Source: Candidatus Sericytochromatia bacterium
GTDB taxonomy: Bacteria > Cyanobacteriota > Sericytochromatia > S15B-MN24 > VGJW01
Length of the DNA stretch: 64,000 bases
Direction: 5' to 3'
Assembly: GCA_035285865.1 (NCBI GenBank)
Contig: JAYKHS010000024.1
Location: 37,030-101,029 of the forward strand
Shown: in pieces, positions 55,975 to 64,000 of the stretch
Numbering within the stretch: position 1 is the stretch's first letter
Layout: each line of letters starts with the position of its first letter
The notes under the pieces: generated by a model
The model's database searches: none
What the model was told of the DNA's origin: nothing
Seen by the model: only the letters and a program-made list of their open reading frames with translations
Made by a program: the position numbers and the translations under genes

Positions 55975-57300
55975 GTGTCGCTCTTCGGTCAGTCGCTCGA
56001 CACCGAGATTCCGCTGGCTCATCGGATGCGCCCGCGGAACCTCGGCGAAGTCGTCGGCCAGGACCACCTGCTGGGCTCCGGGGGAGCGCTGACTCGCCTC
56101 GTCGCGGCCGGACGTCTTCCCAGCTGCATCCTCTGGGGGCCGCCCGGATGCGGCAAGACGACGCTGGCCATGCTGCTGGCAGCTTCCGTCGAGGCGAGAT
56201 TCGTGGTGCTCAGTGCCGTGGGCGGGGGTGTCGCCGATGTCCGCAAGGCCATCGAGGAGGCCACGAAGGCCCGCCATCTCGGCCAGCGCACCGTCCTGTT
56301 CATTGACGAAATCCACCGCTTCAACAAGGCGCAGCAAGACATCCTGCTGCCGCACGTGGAGCAGGGCACCATCACCCTTGTCGGGGCGACCACGGAGCAT
56401 CCCGGGCTCGAGGTCAATCCGGCCCTGCGCAGCAGGGTGGCTCTGCACCGCCTCGAGACCTTGCCTCCCGAGGCACTCGTCACGCTTCTTCAGCGCGCGC
56501 TGACGGATCCCGTTCGTGGCCTGGCCCAGCCCGAGGACCGACTTGCCCGCGATGTGCTCGAGGCCATCGCACGCTGGAGCGGTGGCGACGCCCGTGCGGC
56601 TCTTGGCGCACTCGAGGCAGTCGTGGCCGCAGGTCTTCGCGAGACGGACGAATTGCCCGCCTTCCTCGATCAGGCACGTCTGGCCCAGGACAAGGGCGGC
56701 GACGGCCACTACGACGTCATCTCCGCCCTCATCAAGTCCATGCGCGGCTCGGATCCTGACGCGGCCCTGCACTGGCTCGCGCGCTTGCTCGAAGGAGGCG
56801 AGGACCCCCTCTTCGTGGCGCGCAGGCTGGCGATCTTTGCCTCGGAGGATGTCGGCAACGCCGAGCCGATGGCCCTGCTGGTCGCGATGGCCGCGCTGGG
56901 CGCCGTGCAGCATGTCGGCATGCCCGAAGCACGCATCACGCTGGGACAGGCCGTGACGTGGCTGGCCTCGGCCCCCAAGAGTCAGGCCGCCTATGCCGCG
57001 ATCCAGGCCGCCATGGCAGACGTGCGCGACGATGCCGGCGGAACGGTCCCCAGCGCGCTGCGCGGCCTCGCCGCCCGCGACAGGGCGGACGCCTACGTCA
57101 CGCCCCACGGCATGCCGGGTGCCTTCGACCCGGAACGGTCCTTTTGGCCCGTCGGCCGCAAGCCTCGGCGCTACTACAGACCGGAAGGACGAGGACAGGA
57201 GTATCGGGTGCTGCAACGCCTGACACACTGGGACAACCTGCGGCGACAAGCTGGTGGCACGTTGCCCGAGGACGGCCTGCCGCCCCTGCCAGCCACCTGA
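55975..57300 (+). CDS. rarA: Replication-associated recombination protein A (MgsA/RarA AAA+ ATPase)
   Basis: PLAHRMRP, WGPPGCGKTT, FIDEIHRFNKAQQD, GATTE, SALIKSMRGSDPDAA, ASEDVGNA, GMPEAR. Confidence 0.96.
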   Translation: MSLFGQSLDTEIPLAHRMRPRNLGEVVGQDHLLGSGGALTRLVAAGRLPSCILWGPPGCGKTTLAMLLAASVEARFVVLSAVGGGVADVRKAIEEATKARHLGQRTVLFIDEIHRFNKAQQDILLPHVEQGTITLVGATTEHPGLEVNPALRSRVALHRLETLPPEALVTLLQRALTDPVRGLAQPEDRLARDVLEAIARWSGGDARAALGALEAVVAAGLRETDELPAFLDQARLAQDKGGDGHYDVISALIKSMRGSDPDAALHWLARLLEGGEDPLFVARRLAIFASEDVGNAEPMALLVAMAALGAVQHVGMPEARITLGQAVTWLASAPKSQAAYAAIQAAMADVRDDAGGTVPSALRGLAARDRADAYVTPHGMPGAFDPERSFWPVGRKPRRYYRPEGRGQEYRVLQRLTHWDNLRRQAGGTLPEDGLPPLPAT

Positions 57301-57307
57301 GGGGCCG

Positions 57308-57559
57308 TCAGGCCGCCGGACGCCGACCGCCGCAGCGGTACTGGGCCTCGACACGACGCTGGGCCTGGCGCAGACGACTGAGCAGGAACCAGATCCACCC
57401 AGCCATCGCCGGCGAATCCACCTCGAAGAAAACCTGCGCGGACTCCCGCAACGGACGCGAGCGGACCTGAAGCTGATGCGGATGCTCCCGGGCCAGCGTC
57501 TCCAGCAGCTCGTGCTCGGCCGCCGATGCCGCCGGCAGATAATGCTTGTATGCAGCCAT
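57308..57559 (-). CDS. Hypothetical protein (83 aa)
   Basis: ATG 57559 with a G-rich SD; co-oriented downstream of the MCP; no motif. Confidence 0.5.
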   Translation of the reverse strand: MAAYKHYLPAASAAEHELLETLAREHPHQLQVRSRPLRESAQVFFEVDSPAMAGWIWFLLSRLRQAQRRVEAQYRCGGRRPAA

Positions 57560-57625
57560 GGCTTGCCCCCGCCCTCGCTTCCGGACCCTACCCTGCGCGG
57601 GCGGACGGGGCAACAGGCTGGCGAC

Positions 57626-58960
57626 TCAGGCCCGGAAGTTGACGACGATCTGCTCGAGATCGCCCGCAAGGGTCCCGAGCGCCTGCGCTGCGGCCGTGAT
57701 CTCGTGGATGGAGGCCGTCTGCTCCTGGCTGCTGGCCGCCATCTGCTGGGAACTCTCGGCCGAATGGCTGGTGATCGTGCTGATGTGCTCGATGGCGCTG
57801 CTGACCTTCGTCGAGCTGTCGGCCAGCAGTTGCGCGGCCTCGGAGATGCGCTGGATCTGTTGATCCGTGCTGGTTGCATCCCGGACGATCAGGTCCAGGG
57901 CATGACCGGCGCGGTTGATGACGTCGACGCCCTCGTTGACCTCCTGAGATCCTGAGTTCATCGTCCGGACGGCCTTGTCCGTCTCCGTCTGGATCTCCTG
58001 GATCATGGTCGCGATCTGGCCGGTCGCCTGAGCACTCTGCTCGGCCAACTTGCGCACTTCCTCGGCCACGACGGCGAACCCTCGGCCCTGTTCACCGGCA
58101 CGCGCCGCCTCGATGGCAGCGTTCAGGGCCAGCAGGTTCGTCTGTGCCGCAATCCCGTTGATCAGCTCTATGATCTTGCCGATCTGCTGCCCAAGCTCGC
58201 CCAGCCTTCCCACGACCATCGAGGACTGCGAGACCTTGTGCTTGATGGAGTCCATCTTGGCGATGGCCTGCTGCAGATCCTGACGGCCACCCTGCGCGCT
58301 CTGCGCGGTATTCGCCGCCGACTCCGCCGCCGACTGTGCATTGCCGGCGACCTGCTTGGCCGCCTCGGAAACCCTGGAGACTTCACCTGCCACGCGTTGG
58401 ATGGCATTGACCTGTTCGATGGCTCCTGAAGCCAGTTGACCGATGGTGTCGGCGACCTGCTGGGCCGCCTTGCCGGTGTTCTCGGCCGCCTGTCGCAGCT
58501 GGCGCGAACTGCGGACCAACGTGGTGGCGGTATCGCGCGTCTGACGAACAAGGACCTGAAGGCGCTCGACGAGCCGGTTGAACGCACGGCCGATCTCAGC
58601 GAAGACCTCGACGTGGGACTCGGGCGCCCGAGACGTGAGATCGCCCTCGATCACGCGCAGCGAAACTGCCGAAAGATCCGAGAGGGGAGACATCGCATTG
58701 CCGAAGGCCCGCGCCAGGATCCAGAACCCCACCAGCCCGGCCAGCAACGCCAGACCGAGGACCGCACCCTGCATGTGCGGCCACAGCCAGACCATGGTCG
58801 CCTGGATGACAAGCGGACCAAGGACGGCAGCAAGCGCTACGGCGCGAAAGGCACCGGTCGCCAGTCCCTTGGGCGGGGGCGCGTCGTCCGAGCCAGATCC
58901 GCCTTCTACCTCGGCCTCGACCGAAAGGGCGGCTGCTGTGGTGTCCACCATGTCCGTCAT
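57626..58960 (-). CDS. Methyl-accepting chemotaxis protein (2 TM, HAMP, no periplasmic sensor domain)
   Basis: Two closely spaced TMs, HAMP (GDLT...EIGRAFN), [38 protein letters not shown]. Confidence 0.95.
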   Translation of the reverse strand: MTDMVDTTAAALSVEAEVEGGSGSDDAPPPKGLATGAFRAVALAAVLGPLVIQATMVWLWPHMQGAVLGLALLAGLVGFWILARAFGNAMSPLSDLSAVSLRVIEGDLTSRAPESHVEVFAEIGRAFNRLVERLQVLVRQTRDTATTLVRSSRQLRQAAENTGKAAQQVADTIGQLASGAIEQVNAIQRVAGEVSRVSEAAKQVAGNAQSAAESAANTAQSAQGGRQDLQQAIAKMDSIKHKVSQSSMVVGRLGELGQQIGKIIELINGIAAQTNLLALNAAIEAARAGEQGRGFAVVAEEVRKLAEQSAQATGQIATMIQEIQTETDKAVRTMNSGSQEVNEGVDVINRAGHALDLIVRDATSTDQQIQRISEAAQLLADSSTKVSSAIEHISTITSHSAESSQQMAASSQEQTASIHEITAAAQALGTLAGDLEQIVVNFRA

Positions 58961-61900
58961 CCTACCACCGGAGCACCCGGCCCCACGTCAAGCCGCATCG
59001 CGTCTCGCAGCTTCTGCACCTGCGCCGCGCTGGCAGCGGCATCGACGTCGCGACCGAGACGACGCAGCAACGTCGCACGCAGTTCGAGCACCCGAATGCG
59101 CTCGGGCTGAGCCCACGGCGCCTCGAGCAGCGCCAGGGCCTCGTCCAGCAGGGTCATGGCCAGCTCCGCGGAACCGCTGCGGACGGCCAATGCCGCCTGG
59201 ACCCTGAGGACTGCGCCACCCTGCAGACCCGGGTCGACCACCTCGGCTTCCGCCTTGGCCACCGCTTCACGAGCAGCATCGACCCTGTCGGCAGCAAGAT
59301 GGATCTCGGCAAGTAGTCGCCACGCCTCGCTCAGACCCTCGCTGCGCTTTGCCTCGATGACCTTCAGGGCCTCCTCGGCACCGCGCAAGGCCGCATCGCC
59401 ATGCCCCTGGCGGTGCGCCAACTCGGCGAGGTGCAGATGATTCAGGGCCACGCGACGCTCATCTCCCATCACCTTGTAGATGTGGGCAGCCTCGAGGAAG
59501 AGTGGCGCTGCCGCCTCGAACTCACCGCAGACGAGCCGCAGGACGCCGAGGCGCCCGCAAGCGCCGGCAAGAACCGACCGGTGGCGAGCATCCTGTGCCC
59601 GCTCGATGGCGTCCTTGAGCGTGGCCTCCGCGAGGCGCCACGATCCGCCACGCATCTGCAGGCGACCGATGTCGAGCAACGACGTCGCCACGGCCACGTC
59701 ATCCGCGAGTCCCTCGGCAAGGTCCACGGCCTGCTGCTGGATGGCCTCCGCCTCAATCAGCTGGCCGCGACGGTACAGGACACGTCCCTTGACGGACAAT
59801 GCCTGCCAGCGTTCGATGCTGGGGAGTACCGGCAGGCCCCGCAGGGCTTCCTCTGCGTTCTCGAAGGCCGCGTCGACCTCACCAAGCGTGAGCCGGAGCA
59901 GGGAGAGACGCGACAGATGGACGGCCCGCTGACTGTCGGTCTCGTGCAGCAAGGCAAGGGCCTCGAGCAGGCGCTCCTCGGCACCGCGCCGGTCTCCCAA
60001 GGACTCCAGCACGTCCGCAAGATGGGCCAGCGCATGCGCACCGGCTTCGCCGAGGGGCGCTGCCAGTAGGGCCCGATGGAAGTGTCGGCGAGCCCTTGCA
60101 GGGTCTTCCTCGGACAGCGCGAGACGGCCCTGGCAGACCTGAACGCGCGAGGCAGCGGGGCTGGGACCCGGCGGTGTCGCCATCAGGGCGTCCTGCGCCT
60201 GATCGAGCAACTGGCGAGCCTCCGTCAACCGGGCATCATCGAGCGCCGCCTCGGCCGCACGCACCAGATAGGCCACGCCCTTGGCGGGCTGCTCGGCCTT
60301 GATGAAGTGCTCGGCCACACGCAGCGGGTCGACACCGTTCCGCTCACCCTCGCGCAGCTGGGGCTCGAGCGTCTGGGCGATGCGCAGATGCAGGTCGCGG
60401 CGGGCACTCAGGAGCATGCTGTCGTAGGTGACGGCCTGCACCCAGTTGTTCGTGAACTGCATCACGTCGTCGTCCTCGCCACTGATGAGGTCCTGCAGGA
60501 GCAGCTCGGCCCACGCTCCATGCGTGTCACGCAGACCGGCCACGGCATCGACGAGGCCACGCCTGAACTGCAGACCCACGACGCTGGCCACCTGCAGAAG
60601 CTGCCGCTGAACCTGAGGCAAGCCATCGAGGCGCGAGGCGATCTGGGCGCTCACGACCAACGGCACGGCACCGGCCTCGCCCTTGGCCGACGAGTCCGTG
60701 ATGCCCTTGCGGGACTTGACCAATTCGATCAGGAATCCCGGGCTGCCATCCGCCACTCGGACAAGCGCAAGGCGATCCTCCTCGGAGAGGCCCGAGAGGT
60801 CCATCGGTTGCTCGAGGGCCTCAAGCAGGTCCATCATCGAGAACTCGTCCATGGACTCGAGGGATATCGTCGTTCTGGGCGGGCCGATGTCCTCGGCGAA
60901 GTCCTTGTCCGAGCTCGAACGGAACTGCAGCATGATGCAGAGGCGGCTGTCCGGATGGTCTTCCACGCGGGACAGCAGCGAGCGCAGCCACGCCAGCGAG
61001 TCGGGGTCCATCCAGTGCGCATCCTCGAGGTCGAGGAGCATGGGACGCTCGGCAGCCAGTGCCATCAAGGAGGCCACCGCATCTCCTTCGGGCACGGCCA
61101 TCTGCTCCTCCCGGGCACGCTCGGGAATCAGGCGCCCCAGTTCCTGGATGACCCAGGCCGAGATGCCCTCCGAATAGCTGGGCAGGACCAGATGAAGGAC
61201 GAGCCCACCGTGCGTCTCGGCAAACCAGCGACGCAGCTCACGGCTCGCGTGGGTCTTGCCGCTGCCCGGCGCTCCGACCAGGTTCACGGACTGGGAGCCC
61301 CGCCGCACCGTCTTGTCCAGAACCGCGCAGAGCTCGCCGAACTCCGAGTCTCGACCGACCAGCGGCCAATCCTCGACCGGCTTGTCCTCGGCCACGTTCA
61401 AACCCAGTGCCACATAGGTGACAAGGTCGCTCTTGCGTCCTTTAACCGCCAAGGGCTCGGGATCTCCATACCGGATGTGATGGCGCGTCAACTTGTAGCT
61501 GCTCTCGGAGACCAGCACGCCGCCGGGTGGAGCGGCCGCCTCCATGCGCTGGGCCAGGTTGACCGTGTCTCCGATGACGGTGTAGTCCTGCCGCGACTGG
61601 CCCCCTACGGCGCCCGCCACGACAAGGCCGGTGTTGATCCCGATGCGGACCTTGAGTTGCGTCCCGACCCGAGCGGCCACCCCCTCGGCGAAGGAGCGTG
61701 CCGCCGCCTGCATGTCGAGTGCTGCCATGACGGCACGCTCGGCATCGTCTTCGTGGACCACAGGCGCGCCGAAGATCGCCATGATGGCGTCACCGATGTA
61801 CTTGTCGACATTCCCGCCATAACGATAGATGGGCTCGGTCAGGACCTTGAAGAAGTCGTTGACGACCTCGCGGACCTCTTCGGGGTCCAGACGCTCGCTC

Positions 61901-62373
61901 ATCGACGTGAAGCCCGAAACATCCGCGAAAAGCACCGTCACGACGCGTCGATCCCCGACCCGCTGGCCAGCTGAATCCGCAGGAGGCGGCACCACGGGCA
62001 CCGACGCTACCGTGGGGCCCTGAACCGAGGGCTGCTCCCCGGGCCGCTCGGCCGAGACGGGCAGAGCTTCGGCGACAGGGGCGCGCTCGGGCATGGGCGA
62101 CGAGTCGAGCAGCTGGCCGGTACCGGGCAACTTCAGGGGCCCCGTGCCAGGACGCCCCAAGGGCCCCGTCTGGCTACGCGGAAGGACGCCTGTGCCACCC
62201 GGGAGCCTGCCGGTACCCGGAAGAACCAGTGGGCCCGTGCCTATGGGCCGGAAGACAGGCGGAGCCGCGACAGCCGGAGCGGGCGACGCATCCCCGGGCG
62301 TCTGCGGCGCGCCGCAATGCCCGCAGAAACGGGCCTGCGGGCCGACGGGCTTGTGACACTGGATGCAGGACAG
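58957..62373 (-). CDS. Zinc-ribbon / class III adenylate cyclase / STAND ATPase / TPR protein; true start unresolved
   Basis: [30 protein letters not shown], Walker A GAPGSGKT, Walker B LEDAHW, TPRs. The frame stays open upstream of TTG 62160 and encodes CIQC...FCGHCG. Confidence 0.9.
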   Translation of the reverse strand: MSCIQCHKPVGPQARFCGHCGAPQTPGDASPAPAVAAPPVFRPIGTGPLVLPGTGRLPGGTGVLPRSQTGPLGRPGTGPLKLPGTGQLLDSSPMPERAPVAEALPVSAERPGEQPSVQGPTVASVPVVPPPADSAGQRVGDRRVVTVLFADVSGFTSMSERLDPEEVREVVNDFFKVLTEPIYRYGGNVDKYIGDAIMAIFGAPVVHEDDAERAVMAALDMQAAARSFAEGVAARVGTQLKVRIGINTGLVVAGAVGGQSRQDYTVIGDTVNLAQRMEAAAPPGGVLVSESSYKLTRHHIRYGDPEPLAVKGRKSDLVTYVALGLNVAEDKPVEDWPLVGRDSEFGELCAVLDKTVRRGSQSVNLVGAPGSGKTHASRELRRWFAETHGGLVLHLVLPSYSEGISAWVIQELGRLIPERAREEQMAVPEGDAVASLMALAAERPMLLDLEDAHWMDPDSLAWLRSLLSRVEDHPDSRLCIMLQFRSSSDKDFAEDIGPPRTTISLESMDEFSMMDLLEALEQPMDLSGLSEEDRLALVRVADGSPGFLIELVKSRKGITDSSAKGEAGAVPLVVSAQIASRLDGLPQVQRQLLQVASVVGLQFRRGLVDAVAGLRDTHGAWAELLLQDLISGEDDDVMQFTNNWVQAVTYDSMLLSARRDLHLRIAQTLEPQLREGERNGVDPLRVAEHFIKAEQPAKGVAYLVRAAEAALDDARLTEARQLLDQAQDALMATPPGPSPAASRVQVCQGRLALSEEDPARARRHFHRALLAAPLGEAGAHALAHLADVLESLGDRRGAEERLLEALALLHETDSQRAVHLSRLSLLRLTLGEVDAAFENAEEALRGLPVLPSIERWQALSVKGRVLYRRGQLIEAEAIQQQAVDLAEGLADDVAVATSLLDIGRLQMRGGSWRLAEATLKDAIERAQDARHRSVLAGACGRLGVLRLVCGEFEAAAPLFLEAAHIYKVMGDERRVALNHLHLAELAHRQGHGDAALRGAEEALKVIEAKRSEGLSEAWRLLAEIHLAADRVDAAREAVAKAEAEVVDPGLQGGAVLRVQAALAVRSGSAELAMTLLDEALALLEAPWAQPERIRVLELRATLLRRLGRDVDAAASAAQVQKLRDAMRLDVGPGAPVVG
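62110..62241 (-). repeat. Six TGxL peptide repeats in the cyclase N-terminal linker
   Basis: [44 protein letters not shown]. Confidence 0.8.
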
Positions 62374-62436
62374 CGGTGAGTACCGGCGCGGATAGGGGTG
62401 CGGGTGCCATCTGTATACCCCCGGACACCCCGCTCA

Positions 62437-63156
62437 TCAGCCCAGAAGCCGACCCGCCTCCCCGTCTGCGAGTATCAGGGCATCGGGATGTACGTGCAGC
62501 AAGGATGCAGGGAGCATGGTCGAGATCAGCGGCTGCGCAAGACGGCCCAGGATCTCGGCCTTGCTTTTGCCGGTCGCCAGCAGAAGCACCTGGCGTGCCC
62601 CGAGGATCGACCCCAGCCCCATGCTGAGTCCTTCCGTCACGTGAGCCAGGTCAGGGGGCAGGGCCGCACGCGTTTCAGCGGAAAGCGTGGCGACGTGTGT
62701 CCCGGCCACCAGACTGGGTGCCGGTTCGTTGAATGCAAGATGACCGTTGGTCCCGATGCCCACGACGGCGAGATCGAGGCCACCGTCTGCCAACAGCCGC
62801 GCCTCGTGCAGACGGCAGGCATGCAGCGCGGGTTCGTGGTTGCCTTGCAGCAGGTGTATCCGGGCCTCCGGGACATCCAGAGCATCAAGCAGGTTCGTCC
62901 GGAAGAAGCGCGCGAACGCGTGGGGAGCATCAGGTGCGAGCCCTCGATATTCGTCAAGGCCGAACACCGTCAACCCTGCGAAGGAAACCCCTTCCTCGCG
63001 GTGCCGGCGGACCATCTCCGCGAACATGGGCCGGGGCGTCGAGCCGGCAGGCAAGGCCACGCGCAGGTCCGGCTTCGCAGCCATGCGTTGCAGCAACAGA
63101 TCCACCGCCGCCGCAGCCACGGCCCGAACATCGGGCAACACGCGAATTTCCATCAT
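62437..63156 (-). CDS. nagB: Glucosamine-6-phosphate deaminase
   Basis: LPAGSTP, LDEYRG, GIGTNGHLAFNEP, LSMGLGSIL, LATGKSKA, PASLL..HP. Confidence 0.93.
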   Translation of the reverse strand: MMEIRVLPDVRAVAAAAVDLLLQRMAAKPDLRVALPAGSTPRPMFAEMVRRHREEGVSFAGLTVFGLDEYRGLAPDAPHAFARFFRTNLLDALDVPEARIHLLQGNHEPALHACRLHEARLLADGGLDLAVVGIGTNGHLAFNEPAPSLVAGTHVATLSAETRAALPPDLAHVTEGLSMGLGSILGARQVLLLATGKSKAEILGRLAQPLISTMLPASLLHVHPDALILADGEAGRLLG

Positions 63157-63220
63157 CGGACGGTCGGCAGTCTAGCGGCAGGCCCATCCTGGCCGCAAGT
63201 CACCCCCGTGCCGGGAAGCA

Positions 63221-63973
63221 TCAGGAACCGGCCAGCCGGGTGGCCATGTAGTGTGCCGTCGTCCACGAATGGTACTCCTGACCAATCATCCGGTATCGAG
63301 CCTTGGTCTCGGGGCTCATGGAGCTGCCCGCCGCGAGAGCCGAGCGGTACTTGGGCTCCTCGTTGCGCCAGTATTGGGCAATCGCCCGTTCCGGCGCAGA
63401 CAGCACGCGCCCCTTGCGCTGCACGTTGAGCATCAGGATCCGTTCGGCCTGGAAGGCATGCATCTCTTCGTGGATCAGGGTGTCCAGAAACTCCTTGAGC
63501 GGCTTGTCGAACAAGCCCGGGGAAACCACGATGCGGTGGTGGCGCATGTCGTACAGGCCGAGAAAGCCGGCTGCCGCCTTGTAGTCGATGGCCGGCGACG
63601 TGAAGTCGTAAGCCTGCTCGAGCGCCCGCACCACGAAGGGGACCAGGCCCTGCACGATGGCGGCATTCGCCTGGCCCTGCCCCTTGCGCCAGACCTCCCG
63701 AGCCGTCCCGAAAACAGGCTCGCGCACCATCAGCGCGAGGGCACGCTCCCGCATCGGGTTGAACAACTCCTCCATCAGGACCTTGTAAGCCGCGAAGGTA
63801 CGCGGGGGTTCGGGACCATGGGCCGAGGCCCCCAGCAGATCGGCCCGGGTGAAGCCCGGATCGGCGGGACGCTCCACCTCGGGCACGCCCGGCATGGCGG
63901 CGGCCGGCACGACAGCCGCCTCGAAGAACAGTTCGGCCATCCAGGAAGGCGGCCTGCCAGAACCTTCACGCAT
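63221..63973 (-). CDS. Hypothetical protein with HExxH zincin-like motif
   Basis: LGLYD....IVV, LDTLIHEEMHAFQ, downstream QEYH. Start may instead be ATG 63940. Confidence 0.7.
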   Translation of the reverse strand: MREGSGRPPSWMAELFFEAAVVPAAAMPGVPEVERPADPGFTRADLLGASAHGPEPPRTFAAYKVLMEELFNPMRERALALMVREPVFGTAREVWRKGQGQANAAIVQGLVPFVVRALEQAYDFTSPAIDYKAAAGFLGLYDMRHHRIVVSPGLFDKPLKEFLDTLIHEEMHAFQAERILMLNVQRKGRVLSAPERAIAQYWRNEEPKYRSALAAGSSMSPETKARYRMIGQEYHSWTTAHYMATRLAGS

Positions 63974-64000
63974 CAGGGGTCTTGTACCCGTGTACCATGG

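Noticed and set aside
9396..61974. Many long antisense or alternate-frame ORFs (e.g. 9396-10835, 21736-23304, 28429-30303, 46495-48318, 53330-55144, 60076-61974)
   Set aside because: Shadow ORFs of well-supported genes, expected with high GC3; they carry no motifs of their own.
62434..62439. NagB-cyclase readthrough fusion (same frame)
   Set aside because: Two consecutive TGA stops; NagB is complete on its own.
1..64000. CRISPR array, IS/transposase, integrase, prophage, rRNA
   Set aside because: No regularly spaced repeats with unique spacers and no recognisable mobile-element, phage or rRNA sequence seen by eye.

Overview
High-GC bacterial chromosomal window (roughly two-thirds G+C by eye) with dense housekeeping and envelope content. 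I found no CRISPR array, transposase, integrase or prophage. Cyanobacteria-style SecG and ComEC motifs, ylqD-rimM-trmD, a CCA-less tRNA and no photosynthesis genes suggest a non-photosynthetic relative of Cyanobacteria such as Ca. Sericytochromatia; this placement is inference only. Contents in order: a pirin-PPC(DUF296)-lipoprotein operon running off the left edge; a translocator/pore-former-like repeat protein whose start codon sits in a perfect hairpin; a degenerate alpha/beta-hydrolase and PRTase; xseAB, with an extra HARP-like N-terminal domain on XseA; a 10-EF-hand protein; tRNA-Arg(CCT); GH57 coupled to a tandem HD-GYP protein; a degenerate metallophosphoesterase; a nonsense-interrupted nucleotidyltransferase with a small partner ORF; an S8 lipoprotein; a ~16.5 kb surface-glycan cluster (rfbD, GT2s, YfhO-like, rfbA, rfbB, ugd, uxs-like, GT4s, wcaJ-like, SMR/EamA, galE, glmM); glpK; a secreted two-domain cyanophycinase-like protein; comEC/comEA; ylqD-rimM-trmD-roadblock; folK, fmt, PLD, gamma-CA, accDA, secG; a peptide ABC transporter; a secreted protein with an FrpC self-processing-module-like domain (Ser-Pro instead of Asp-Pro); SDR; O-antigen-ligase/TPR protein; a LysM-like Q/P-rich protein; rarA; and a minus-strand signalling unit (zinc-ribbon/TGxL-repeat/class III cyclase/STAND/TPR protein coupled to a sensor-less MCP) downstream of nagB and an HExxH protein. 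Best candidates for novelty: the cyclase-MCP unit with its hidden N-terminus, the translocator-like protein with its 5' hairpin, the HARP-XseA fusion, the Ser-Pro SPM variant and the exported cyanophycinase. All family calls come from motif recognition by eye; no database searches were run.
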